This document shows, piece by piece, positions 17,352 to 26,300 of a stretch of 42,940 nt of DNA (position 1 is the first letter of the stretch; each line of letters opens with the position of its first letter). Under the pieces are notes generated by a model that did not search any database, had not been told where the DNA came from, and was given only the letters and a program-made list of their open reading frames with translations. This DNA is from a virus. Where the stretch lies: IMG/VR virus record IMGVR_UViG_3300045988_008255; one strand, written 5' to 3'. The position numbers were made by a program, and so were the translations under genes.

Positions 17352-17785
17352 CCATCTACAACGTCACGCAGGAGCAAGATCAGGGTTTCAATGACACGCA
17401 GAAGCGCTACATCACAGTGATTCGCGGTGTAATGCTCCAAGCGTCGAAAGCTGCCAACGTCCGCGCGAGCGGTCTTGAAGGCGCAGATGCGGTGAATCTG
17501 TACATTCCGTTCTCTGTGGTTGCTGTAGACGGCGTGACGGGCGCGGAGAAGCGCTACGTCGGGCCGCAGGAGTTCTGGCGTGCTGACGACAAAAGCGGAT
17601 TGTGGACGCTCTCCACGGACGGCAACGGCGGCACGACCTTCTTTGTAAAGGGTGAAGTAGTCGAGCCGGACAAGACGGAAGAACAGATCGAGATGCTTTA
17701 CGATGATGTGTACAAAGTGACAAAGGTGGACATGAAGGACTTCGGCAGTCCTTCTATGCAGCACTGGCAGGTCGGAGGCTCGTAA
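17330..17785 (+). CDS. Head closure / head-tail joining protein, tentative
   Basis: 151 aa from ATG 17330 (track start 17321 is GTG). Call based on synteny. Confidence 0.45.
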   Translation: MYAPHTVTIYNVTQEQDQGFNDTQKRYITVIRGVMLQASKAANVRASGLEGADAVNLYIPFSVVAVDGVTGAEKRYVGPQEFWRADDKSGLWTLSTDGNGGTTFFVKGEVVEPDKTEEQIEMLYDDVYKVTKVDMKDFGSPSMQHWQVGGS

Positions 17786-18195
17786 TGCTGCAATTCAGCG
17801 TAAAGGCAGACGGATTTGACGCGCTGCAGGAAAAGCTCGAGCAGGCCTGCACCAAAGCAGAGCATATTGTTGCAACGCAGGTGCGGAAGGACACAAGCCC
17901 ATATGTGCCGTTCCTGACTGGCTCCCTCGACCGCAGAACACAGGTCGAGGGAAACGCGATTATCTACCCCGGCCCATACGCGCGGTTCCTGTACTACGGA
18001 AAAGTCATGGTAGACCCGGAGACCGGCAGCACTTACGCGCCGAAAGGCGGAACGAAGGTTCTGACGGACAAAAACCTTGTGTTTACGACATCCGGACACG
18101 CGCAGGCGCAATCACACTGGTTCGAGGCTTCAAAGGCTGAGAATATTGACAAATGGATTCGAGTTGCAGATAAGGCGGTGAAAAATGGCTTCTGA
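17785..18195 (+). CDS. Neck / tail-completion protein (minor capsid protein family)
   Basis: 136 aa. TAATG overlap. PYARFLYYG motif is typical of this family. Confidence 0.55.
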   Translation: MLQFSVKADGFDALQEKLEQACTKAEHIVATQVRKDTSPYVPFLTGSLDRRTQVEGNAIIYPGPYARFLYYGKVMVDPETGSTYAPKGGTKVLTDKNLVFTTSGHAQAQSHWFEASKAENIDKWIRVADKAVKNGF

Positions 18196-18640
18196 AAAGC
18201 AGAAAAAGCTAGTATCCGTGGAGGAAGAGCAGGACATTGCCCGCAAAATGATGATCTGGGCAAACGCCTTTTCCGATGACGATATGCCAGCCGCAACGAT
18301 CAACTATGAATTTCTTGCTGCGGATTCCGCAAGCATGGCGCTGTCCACTATTCAGGGCGCGTACATCACGCAGAAATACATCCTCGGCGGGCATGAGGCG
18401 GAATATCAATTTAAGATCATCGCTCGCATTATCCCCGGCAACAGCAACGACAAGCGCCTGAAATGCGACGCCATGCTTAACCGCTTCGGGGATTGGGCCA
18501 TGCAGAACCTGCCGTCTCTGGGAGACGGTATGCGTGTCCGGCGCATGGAAGCGGTCAGCCGCGCGGCCCTGTTCGCCCGGTACGAGGACGGCACGGAGGA
18601 CCATCAAATTCTAATGAAACTAACATATGAGGTGATTTAA
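18185..18640 (+). CDS. Tail terminator-like protein, tentative
   Basis: 151 aa. Immediately upstream of the major tail protein. Confidence 0.45.
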   Translation: MASEKQKKLVSVEEEQDIARKMMIWANAFSDDDMPAATINYEFLAADSASMALSTIQGAYITQKYILGGHEAEYQFKIIARIIPGNSNDKRLKCDAMLNRFGDWAMQNLPSLGDGMRVRRMEAVSRAALFARYEDGTEDHQILMKLTYEVI

Positions 18641-18642
18641 CT

Positions 18643-19176
18643 ATGGCAGACATGACCTTTAATACCACTGCTGGCCAGACTATTGACCGCGAATTGCTGA
18701 TCGCATACCTGAATACCGGCGAGGCGTCTACGCCCGTCTGGTCTCCGTTCGGCAAGCGCGTCACGGATTCCAGCATGGAGTACGACTGGCAGGAGGATTC
18801 CAGTAAGGATATCCTCGGCACTACAAGAACCACCATGAAGAAGCCCATCATCACGCAGAGCTTTGACCCGTGCGAGCTGGACGCAGGCGACGCGGCGCTT
18901 GTCAAGCTGTGGAACCTGGCTGTCAAAGACCAGGACGCAGCAGCACTGGCGAATCAGGACGTGCTCATCGTTCATTTTTACGCAGGCACGGCCAAGACGG
19001 CAGTCTTTGCGGAGCGTTACGACGGCACAATGGTAAAGCCCGCAAGCCTCGGCGGTGAGGGTGGCGGCTTTGTCGGCATGCCGTTCGATGTGACGCTTGG
19101 CGGTACGAGAACCACCGGCACGGCAGCAGTCGGCGCAAACGGCACGGTAACATTCACGCCGGACGAAGCAGCGTAA
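18643..19176 (+). CDS. Major tail protein
   Basis: 177 aa. Position between neck genes and chaperones. Good SD. Confidence 0.7.
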   Translation: MADMTFNTTAGQTIDRELLIAYLNTGEASTPVWSPFGKRVTDSSMEYDWQEDSSKDILGTTRTTMKKPIITQSFDPCELDAGDAALVKLWNLAVKDQDAAALANQDVLIVHFYAGTAKTAVFAERYDGTMVKPASLGGEGGGFVGMPFDVTLGGTRTTGTAAVGANGTVTFTPDEAA

Positions 19177-19189
19177 GGAGGAAGGCTAG

Positions 19190-19609
19190 ATGGAAGATAT
19201 CAGATTTGACACCGGCATTGTTGAATTCAACCTGAACGATGCAATCAAGGTGTATTTCAACCCTACCGACAGCGCGTTTGTCGAGCGTATTTTTGATACG
19301 TTTGACGAACTGGACAAGAAGCAGGAAGCATACAAGGCTGAGATCGACAAGTGCTCAGACAAGAAAGAAATCTTCGAGATTGCGCGGCGCAGAGATGCGG
19401 AAATGCGAGAAATGGTCGATGGCCTTTTCGATAAGCCGGTATGCAGTGCGCTTTTCGGCGGCATGAATGTCTATGCGCTTGCGGGCGGCCTGCCGGTCTG
19501 GTGCAATCTGATGCTTTCCGTCATTGACCAGATCGACACCACGTTTGCGCGGGAACGCAAACTGACGAACCCAAGAATTACTAAATATACGGAGAGATGG
19601 AGAAAGTGA
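19190..19609 (+). CDS. Tail assembly chaperone
   Basis: 139 aa, acidic, between the major tail protein and the tape measure. SD AAGGAGGAAGG. Confidence 0.6.
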   Translation: MEDIRFDTGIVEFNLNDAIKVYFNPTDSAFVERIFDTFDELDKKQEAYKAEIDKCSDKKEIFEIARRRDAEMREMVDGLFDKPVCSALFGGMNVYALAGGLPVWCNLMLSVIDQIDTTFARERKLTNPRITKYTERWRK

Positions 19610-20169
19610 TCTATTCCTTGCCGACTTCGGTTAAGGTCAACGGAACAGAATACGAAATCCAGTCAGATTATAGGGCGGTGCTGGATATCCTCACCGCCCT
19701 TTCTGATAACGAGCTGGACGAGCGAGACAAATCAGAAGTTGCGCTTGATATCTTCTATCCCGCGTTCCCGGAAATGCCGTATAGCTGCTATCAAGAGGCG
19801 CTGAATCAGTGCTTCCGGTTTATCGACCGGTGGCAGGAGAAGAAGCCGAAGCAGAAAGAGCCGGTGCTAATGTCGTGGGAACAGGATTTCGACATGATCA
19901 TTGCCCCGGTAAACAGAATCGCGGGCTGTGAAATCCGGGCGCTGCCGTATCTGCACTGGTATTCGTTCTTATCATATTATCAGGAGATCGGCGATTGCCT
20001 ATTTGCACAAGTCGTGCGCATCCGCGATAAGCGGGCGCGAGGGAAAACGCTTGACAAGCAGGATCGGGAGTTTTACCGCAGGAACCGCGACATTATCGAC
20101 CTGAAAACGAATTACACGGAAGCGGAGAAAAACGTGCTTGCCGCGTGGGGCATCGGGAAAAAAGATTGA
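19597..20169 (+). CDS. Phage Gp15-family protein (A118 gp15-like, tail assembly)
   Basis: 190 aa. VKVNGTEYEI.SDYRAVLDIL.AL.D..L....K......IFY resembles the Phage_Gp15 family. Confidence 0.6.
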   Translation: MEKVIYSLPTSVKVNGTEYEIQSDYRAVLDILTALSDNELDERDKSEVALDIFYPAFPEMPYSCYQEALNQCFRFIDRWQEKKPKQKEPVLMSWEQDFDMIIAPVNRIAGCEIRALPYLHWYSFLSYYQEIGDCLFAQVVRIRDKRARGKTLDKQDREFYRRNRDIIDLKTNYTEAEKNVLAAWGIGKKD

Positions 20170-20203
20170 CCGCCCCAAAGCGGGACGGCCAATCACGAAA
20201 ACG

Positions 20204-21043
20204 TTATTTTTTATACTGGAAAATGATTTCTCTTCCCCAGAAAGACGGCGAGTATCGGATTTCAAGCTCCGACCAGTCAGGGGATACCTCATAGCCGACA
20301 ACGCCTTTCATTTTCTTTCCGGCTGCAACAGTTCCGTCAAGCTGCGGTTCGTTTACGCTAAGGATTGCACCGAGGCTTAACGTTGTTGCGTAGCTGTCAA
20401 AATAAGCGTCAAAGGAAAGCACTGTGCTGACGGCGATATCAGATGAAGAATTGTTCTCGATCTCGAATTCACAGATAACGAATTCTTTCCCGTCCGCTGG
20501 CGTTGAATAGTTTCCGCCGGAATTCTCCGTAACGTTTAAAAGCGTAGCGGAAACGTTGTTCAGCTCGACCGTTTCCCCAACAGAGAAAACGGTTTGCTGC
20601 TCCTGCACCGGCTGCGAAGCTGCTGACGGCTGCACGGTATCGACTTTCTTTGGCGTGTCGCTGCTCTTTCCAAAGATAGAGCTTAGGAGCAGGACAGCGC
20701 AGACAACGGCAGCAGTGACAACCAACGCAGTCAGGCAGCCGCTCGGTTTCTTACCGTGCTGCTTGGATTTCAGGCCGTTTACAACATCAATATAGTTAGA
20801 ACGGTCTATGCGTACAGTAAAAAATGCGTGGGCTTGGTTCTCTGCAATGACGAAAGAAACGGTTTTATCCAATCTTCCGTATCGGTAAAATGCAAGCTCA
20901 TGTTTGCCCGGATACGCGGATACACGGATTTCTTCCCCGTTTTTCAGCGTTCCGACTTCTCCACCGTCAAGGCAAACACCGACGGTGATGGAGCGGCCTA
21001 GATTTGCGTTGTCTCGGCTGATTTCGATGATACATTCATTCAT
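20204..21043 (-). CDS. Membrane-anchored DUF4352-like protein (moron, opposite strand)
   Basis: 279 aa. Cytoplasmic N-domain, TM LTALVVTAAVVCAVLLLSSIF, S/P/Q linker, then FSVGETVELNNVSATLLNV...EFVICEFEIENNSSSDI...GVVGYEV, typical of DUF4352. SD GGAGGA. GC is visibly lower than the flanks. Confidence 0.7.
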   Translation of the reverse strand: MNECIIEISRDNANLGRSITVGVCLDGGEVGTLKNGEEIRVSAYPGKHELAFYRYGRLDKTVSFVIAENQAHAFFTVRIDRSNYIDVVNGLKSKQHGKKPSGCLTALVVTAAVVCAVLLLSSIFGKSSDTPKKVDTVQPSAASQPVQEQQTVFSVGETVELNNVSATLLNVTENSGGNYSTPADGKEFVICEFEIENNSSSDIAVSTVLSFDAYFDSYATTLSLGAILSVNEPQLDGTVAAGKKMKGVVGYEVSPDWSELEIRYSPSFWGREIIFQYKK

Positions 21044-21065
21044 TTTTCATTCCTCCCTTATTTGG

Positions 21066-21094
21066 AAGATATCACAAAAAATAAGAAATTTCAA
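21066..21094 (-). promoter_or_regulatory. Putative sigma-A promoter for the DUF4352 gene
   Basis: Minus strand reads TTGAAA-17 nt-(TGa)TATCTT, with an extended -10 TG. About 20 nt upstream of the SD. Confidence 0.4.
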
Positions 21095-21117
21095 CCCGTT
21101 ATATTGGTGGTGATTAT

Positions 21118-23403
21118 ATGGCAGATGGGAAAATCGTAGTAAAAGCGGAAGTTGACGCAAAAAACGCGCAAAAAGAGCTTGATAGCCTCACAAAAAAAAT
21201 CGACAAGATGGAGGAAGAGCTGAACAAAAGCACCGGCGAGCAGAGCGGAATCAAGGCGCAGCTCGACGCTGCAAAGGAAGCCGCAAAGCAGACGGAGGCG
21301 GCGATTAAGTCGCTGAAAGACGAGGCAAGCAGGATCAAGGACGTGACTTCCGGTAATGTTTCTGCATCGCCTGACGATTACATTGCAGCGTATTCCCGAC
21401 AGGCCGAAGTTGCAGCGCAGCTTAAAGAGCAGGAAACGGCGCTCAGGCAGCAAGACAAGATTGTCGAAAGCCTTGACGGGAAATACGCGAGAATCACGGA
21501 CAAGGTAAACGAGCAGACCGCAGCGCTTGACGCGGCGAAAACGCGGGCTGGCGAGCTTACGGAGAAGATCACGAGTGCACACGGCGCGACGGAGCGCATG
21601 GCGTTAGCCTCCGAAAAGGCGTCTAAGAGCATGGACACGTTCGGGAAGCGCGTCAGCGGCCTGTTTAAGCGCATTCTTGTGTTCTCACTTATTTCAAAGG
21701 CACTGCAAAGCCTGCGGACATGGCTCGGAAAAACCATCATGCAGAACGAAGAAGCGCGGGCGGCGGTAGCGAGGCTGAAGGCATCGCTGCTGACATTGGC
21801 ACAGCCAATTTTGGAAGTGGTTATTCCCGTTTTTGTAAAGCTCGTGAATATCCTTGCACAAGTTGTCACGGCGATTGCAAAGTTCTTCGGTATGCTTTCC
21901 GGGAAAAGCTGGTCTGCGCAGAAATCCGCAGCGGCTGGCCTGAACGAAGAGCAGAAAGCCCTAGAGGGTGTCGGAGCAGCAGCAGAAGACGCTGGAAAGA
22001 GCATGGCCGGATTTGACGAAATCAACCAGCTTACCAGCAATAATGCGGGAGCTGGCGGCGGTGGCGGCAGTGGCACGTCTGCTTCCGATGCGATTTCACC
22101 TGACTTCTCAAGCCTTGATATGGCCGAGGACGAGCTAAACGATATCTTGGGCATCGTCGGCGCGATTGCTGCCGGACTTCTTGCGTGGAAGATTGCAAGC
22201 TTATTTACGGATAGCCTTAGTACAATCGGAGGGCTTGCACTCGCGGCAGCTGGGGGCTTCGCACTCGTTTATTTCTGGCTTGACGCATGGAACAACGGTA
22301 TCGATTTAGAGAACTTCCTGGGAATGCTCGGCGGCCTCGCAGCACTTGCAGGAGGGCTAGCTATTGCGTTTGGCCCCATTGCAGCGGGCATTGCCCTTGT
22401 GGCAGGTGGCCTTGCGATGCTGGTTGTCGGCATTAAAGATGTGATTGAAAACGGCTTTAATCTGGAAAACACGCTTACGATCATTGCTGGACTGTTCGCA
22501 GCCGGGCTTGGAATCAGCCTTCTTACTGGAAGTTGGATTCCGCTTCTGATTGCTGCTATTGTCGGTATCCTTGTGGCGTTGGTTTCCTTTACTGGCCACG
22601 GCGAAGAACTTATTAACGGCCTGAAAGATGTTGTCGAAGGCTTCGGGAAGTTCTTCAAGGGCGTGTTCACGGGCGATCTGAAACTTGCTGCGGAAGGTGC
22701 GAAGCAAATCTGGGCAGGACTCAAGCAAGCGTGGAACGCGATTGTAAACTCCATCAAGGACGCGTGGAATGCGTTTGTTGAATGGCTGCGCAGCAAAAAC
22801 CCGGCGCTTGCAAACATCTTTGAAACGATTGGAAAACTGTTCGGAGATCAGTACGAGTCGTGGAAGAAGATCCTTAGCGGGCTTATCACGTTCATTTCCG
22901 GCGTATTTACCGGCGATTGGAAAAAGGCGTGGAATGGCGTTCTTGATGTCTTGAAAGGTATCTGGAACCTGATTGTCGGAACAATTGAGGGGGCGATCAA
23001 CCTTATTATTGATGGCATCAACCTCTTAATTTCTGCACTGAATAAGATTCAGGTAAATATTCCGGACTGGGTTCCGCTCCTTGGCGGGAGAACATTTGGC
23101 GTAAACATTCCGCCCGTTACGCGGGTATCGTTGCCTCGCCTAGCCTCCGGCGCGGTTATCCCGCCGAACAGTGAATTTCTCGCGGTTCTGGGTGATCAGA
23201 AGAGCGGTACGAACATCGAAACGCCGCTTGCTACGATGGTGCAGGCATTCAAGCAGGCCATGGCTGAAACGGGCGGAATGGGAGGCCGGAACATTACAGT
23301 CGTGATGCAGGTCGATAAGCGCGAGTTTGCCCGCGCGGTATATACGGCGAACAACGATGAGACGCAGCGTGTCGGCGTTCGTCTGTCGGGGGTGAGAACA
23401 TGA
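21118..23403 (+). CDS. Tape measure protein
   Basis: 761 aa. Coiled-coil N-terminus, G/A/L-rich hydrophobic middle. Position after the chaperones. Confidence 0.9.
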   Translation: MADGKIVVKAEVDAKNAQKELDSLTKKIDKMEEELNKSTGEQSGIKAQLDAAKEAAKQTEAAIKSLKDEASRIKDVTSGNVSASPDDYIAAYSRQAEVAAQLKEQETALRQQDKIVESLDGKYARITDKVNEQTAALDAAKTRAGELTEKITSAHGATERMALASEKASKSMDTFGKRVSGLFKRILVFSLISKALQSLRTWLGKTIMQNEEARAAVARLKASLLTLAQPILEVVIPVFVKLVNILAQVVTAIAKFFGMLSGKSWSAQKSAAAGLNEEQKALEGVGAAAEDAGKSMAGFDEINQLTSNNAGAGGGGGSGTSASDAISPDFSSLDMAEDELNDILGIVGAIAAGLLAWKIASLFTDSLSTIGGLALAAAGGFALVYFWLDAWNNGIDLENFLGMLGGLAALAGGLAIAFGPIAAGIALVAGGLAMLVVGIKDVIENGFNLENTLTIIAGLFAAGLGISLLTGSWIPLLIAAIVGILVALVSFTGHGEELINGLKDVVEGFGKFFKGVFTGDLKLAAEGAKQIWAGLKQAWNAIVNSIKDAWNAFVEWLRSKNPALANIFETIGKLFGDQYESWKKILSGLITFISGVFTGDWKKAWNGVLDVLKGIWNLIVGTIEGAINLIIDGINLLISALNKIQVNIPDWVPLLGGRTFGVNIPPVTRVSLPRLASGAVIPPNSEFLAVLGDQKSGTNIETPLATMVQAFKQAMAETGGMGGRNITVVMQVDKREFARAVYTANNDETQRVGVRLSGVRT

Positions 23404-23792
23404 CAAGCGTACTGTCCCTAGATGGGAAAGCATACCCGAACCTGCATGTCGTGTCCTTAAAGCGTTCGTTCTCCGTCCTTGACGGAGACAACGCCGGGCG
23501 CGTCATGACCGGCGCGATGAAGCGCGATATCATCGGCACATATTACAACTATAGCATGGAAATCGATCCTGTTTCCTCCGACCTTGCGGAATATGACGAG
23601 TTTTACGAGGCGATTTCCGCACCAGTTGACAGCCACGTTCTGACCGTCCCGTATGCACAAACAACCGTGACATTTGATGCGTATGTGGCAAATGGAGAGG
23701 ACGAGCTTGTCTCCAAGAACGATGATCGGAGCAACTGGCAGAATCTTTCTGTTAATTTTGTGGCGATGAAGCCGAAGAGGACACCTGCATGA
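23400..23792 (+). CDS. Distal tail protein-like, tentative
   Basis: 130 aa. ATGA overlap with the TMP stop. Call from synteny only. Confidence 0.35.
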   Translation: MTSVLSLDGKAYPNLHVVSLKRSFSVLDGDNAGRVMTGAMKRDIIGTYYNYSMEIDPVSSDLAEYDEFYEAISAPVDSHVLTVPYAQTTVTFDAYVANGEDELVSKNDDRSNWQNLSVNFVAMKPKRTPA

Positions 23793-25252
23793 GCGTAAAG
23801 GTCGTATATGAAGACGTTTCGGTAGGCGCTGCCGATGCTGCACAGGCCGCGAGCGGCGGCGCACAGAGCTTTTCCGACATTCCCGCGCTCATGCACAGTT
23901 CTTCTCCCATGCTGATTTCTACGAACGAGTTAAATCAGTGGATCCTTGACGGGACGAGGAAGATCAGGACGAACGAAACGGTTGCATTCTGGTCAACGGC
24001 ACAGAGCAAGGCAGACTGCACATTTGACACGAACCCAACGCTTACGGTAACGCTTGACGGCACATATTCTTCTCCCGGTATCTTCTTCTTTTTCGGCGAG
24101 GACGCGGGCGAGTATTGCAGCGGCCTGACGCTGACATTTTACCGGGACGATACGCAAATTGCGACGGAGGCATTTACCCCAGACACGCAGAAATACTTCT
24201 GTGCAAAGGCCGTGACAGCGTACAACAAACTGGTTATCGAGATCACGAAGACCAGCTTGCCGTACCGGTTCGCAAAAATCCGGCAGATTTTCTTCGGTAT
24301 TGTCCGGGAGTTCGAGCGGGAAGACCTCCGCAGCGTCAGAGTAACAGAGGGGATCAGCGTGATTTCTGACGATGTGGAGATCAACACGCTTGACTTCACG
24401 CTCGACAACACGGAAAACATTGATTTTATCTTTCAGGAGAAGCAGCCGGTCAGCGCGTATGATTCGGATAGCCTGATTGGCGTGTTCTATATCAAAAGCT
24501 CGTCCCGTTCCAGCGCAAGCCTGTATGACGTGTCCTGCCATGACGCGCTCGGTGTTCTGGACGATGAACCTTTCTCTGCGGCTGTTTATAGCGCGAAATC
24601 GGCGAAAACGCTGATTACAGAGATTCTGGGCGGGCATTTTTCGCTTGACTACGATCCCGCGTTGGAAAGCGAGACTGTTACCGGATATATCCCGGACTGC
24701 ACAAAGCGCGAGGCATTGCAGCAGATCGTGTTCGCGCTGCGGGCGACGATCGACACAAGCGCCGTGCGTGGTATTCGCGTTAGACGGCTCACGCAGTCCA
24801 CACCGGCAGTTATTCCAGAAGACCGGATATATACCGGAAGCAGCGTAGAGACAGCGGCAATCGTGACGGAGATCCGCGTAACGGCGCACACCTATAGCAC
24901 ATCCGGCAGCGGGGAAAGCGTGGAGGTCGGCGGTAAAACGTACTACCACACAACGAGCGTTACAACGAAGACGAACCCGGAAGTTACCACGCAGACGAAG
25001 CCAAACATTGTTGAGGTCAAGGAAGCAACGCTTGTAAACAGTGAAAATATTGAGGCCGTGGCACAGCATGTGTACGACTATTACATGCGCAGGCAGACGC
25101 AGAGCGTGAAGATCGTCATGGACAGCGAAGCTCCGGGAGATTACGTCAAAACGCCTACTATGTGGAGTACAAATATAACAGGAACGATCAAAAGCATGAA
25201 CATCCGGCTTAGCGGCATTGCTGCAGCCGAATGTGAGATCGTAGGAACATAG
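23789..25252 (+). CDS. Tail-tip / baseplate hub protein (Tal-like), tentative
   Basis: 487 aa. Second gene after TMP. No enzymatic motif seen. Confidence 0.45.
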   Translation: MSVKVVYEDVSVGAADAAQAASGGAQSFSDIPALMHSSSPMLISTNELNQWILDGTRKIRTNETVAFWSTAQSKADCTFDTNPTLTVTLDGTYSSPGIFFFFGEDAGEYCSGLTLTFYRDDTQIATEAFTPDTQKYFCAKAVTAYNKLVIEITKTSLPYRFAKIRQIFFGIVREFEREDLRSVRVTEGISVISDDVEINTLDFTLDNTENIDFIFQEKQPVSAYDSDSLIGVFYIKSSSRSSASLYDVSCHDALGVLDDEPFSAAVYSAKSAKTLITEILGGHFSLDYDPALESETVTGYIPDCTKREALQQIVFALRATIDTSAVRGIRVRRLTQSTPAVIPEDRIYTGSSVETAAIVTEIRVTAHTYSTSGSGESVEVGGKTYYHTTSVTTKTNPEVTTQTKPNIVEVKEATLVNSENIEAVAQHVYDYYMRRQTQSVKIVMDSEAPGDYVKTPTMWSTNITGTIKSMNIRLSGIAAAECEIVGT

Positions 25253-25268
25253 AAACGGAGGTGCAGAC

Positions 25269-25565
25269 ATGGTACAAGGCGATGCTTATGCTATCGACAT
25301 TGGAATCACGAACAACGGGCAGCCGCTGAATATCGCGGATATTTCCGCTGTGGAAGTATCGCTGCTGTATTTGCAGAAGAATTATCCCGGCGAAGTGACA
25401 TATTCGGACGGCAAATTCCATTTTCCGCTGACGCAGCAGGAGACATTCAAGCTGCCGAAGCTGTGCAAGATGCAAGTCCGTGTAAAATTCAAGAGCGGTG
25501 ACGTGATTGGCTCGGAGATCAAGCAGATCGACGTTGCGCACGCGCTTTCAAAGGCGGTGTTGTGA
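25269..25565 (+). CDS. Hypothetical tail-associated protein
   Basis: 98 aa. Beta-rich composition. SD ACGGAGG. Confidence 0.45.
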   Translation: MVQGDAYAIDIGITNNGQPLNIADISAVEVSLLYLQKNYPGEVTYSDGKFHFPLTQQETFKLPKLCKMQVRVKFKSGDVIGSEIKQIDVAHALSKAVL

Positions 25566-26287
25566 TGGGCGGCATTGAATTTGAACTCAAGAACCGCGAT
25601 CCGGTTGACGTTTCCTTTAACGTTTCCGTGCGTGCTGGCGGCTCCGGCGGCGGCAACTACAACCTGCAGGCCAAATCCGTCACGCCGACGAAGGAGCAGC
25701 AGTCCGTCACACCAGATCAGGGCTATTACGGCCTGTCCGGCGTGACAGTCGGCGCGATTCCGGAAAACTATCAGGACGTCTCCGCCACGACCGCCGCGCT
25801 GGCGAATAAAGTCTTTATCGATGCGGACGGCGTAACGCAGGCTGGCACCATGCCGGACAACGGCGCGGTCGAAAAGGTTCTGGACGCTACGACCGGCAAT
25901 CAGGAATACACCGTCCCGGCGGGCAAGCACTCCGGCGCGGGCAAGGTATCTGTCGCGCTGGAAACCAAGTCCGCCACGCCCGCCGAGGCCGCACAGGACA
26001 TTACGCCCACCAAGGGCAAAGTCCTCGGCAAGGTCACGGTCGGCGCGATCCCAGACAAATACAAGGACGTTTCCGGCGTGACTGCCGGAGCTGCTGACGT
26101 GCTGGACGGAAAGTTTATCGTGCTGGCCGACGGCAGCAAGGTCGAGGGCACCATGGCCAACAACGGCGCGATTGCGAAGACCATCGACGGCCTCACGCAG
26201 ACCAGCGTAGACATTCCCGCAGGCTATACCTCCGGCGGCACGGTATCGCTGACGGACGACATCGAAAACGCTCTCGCCGCGATTTAA
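25565..26287 (+). CDS. Tail fibre/baseplate protein with two ~97-aa internal repeats
   Basis: About 240 aa. The unit K(S)xTPT...VTVGAIPxxYxDVS..TA.A.DVL.GK.F...DG....GTM.NNGA......IPAG(Y/K).SG.G.VS occurs twice. Confidence 0.6.
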   Translation: MGGIEFELKNRDPVDVSFNVSVRAGGSGGGNYNLQAKSVTPTKEQQSVTPDQGYYGLSGVTVGAIPENYQDVSATTAALANKVFIDADGVTQAGTMPDNGAVEKVLDATTGNQEYTVPAGKHSGAGKVSVALETKSATPAEAAQDITPTKGKVLGKVTVGAIPDKYKDVSGVTAGAADVLDGKFIVLADGSKVEGTMANNGAIAKTIDGLTQTSVDIPAGYTSGGTVSLTDDIENALAAI

Positions 26288-26300
26288 AGGAGGAACAGAC

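Noticed and set aside
19190-20169. Programmed -1 frameshift between the two tail-chaperone genes (gpG/gpT style)
   Set aside because: The second ORF has its own ATG (19597) and belongs to the stand-alone Gp15 family. I could not see a slippery heptamer in the 13-nt overlap.
21118-23403. Lytic (peptidase or lysozyme) domain in the tape measure protein
   Set aside because: I found no recognisable M23, LT or NlpC motif. The sequence is only coiled-coil and G/A-rich hydrophobic segments.
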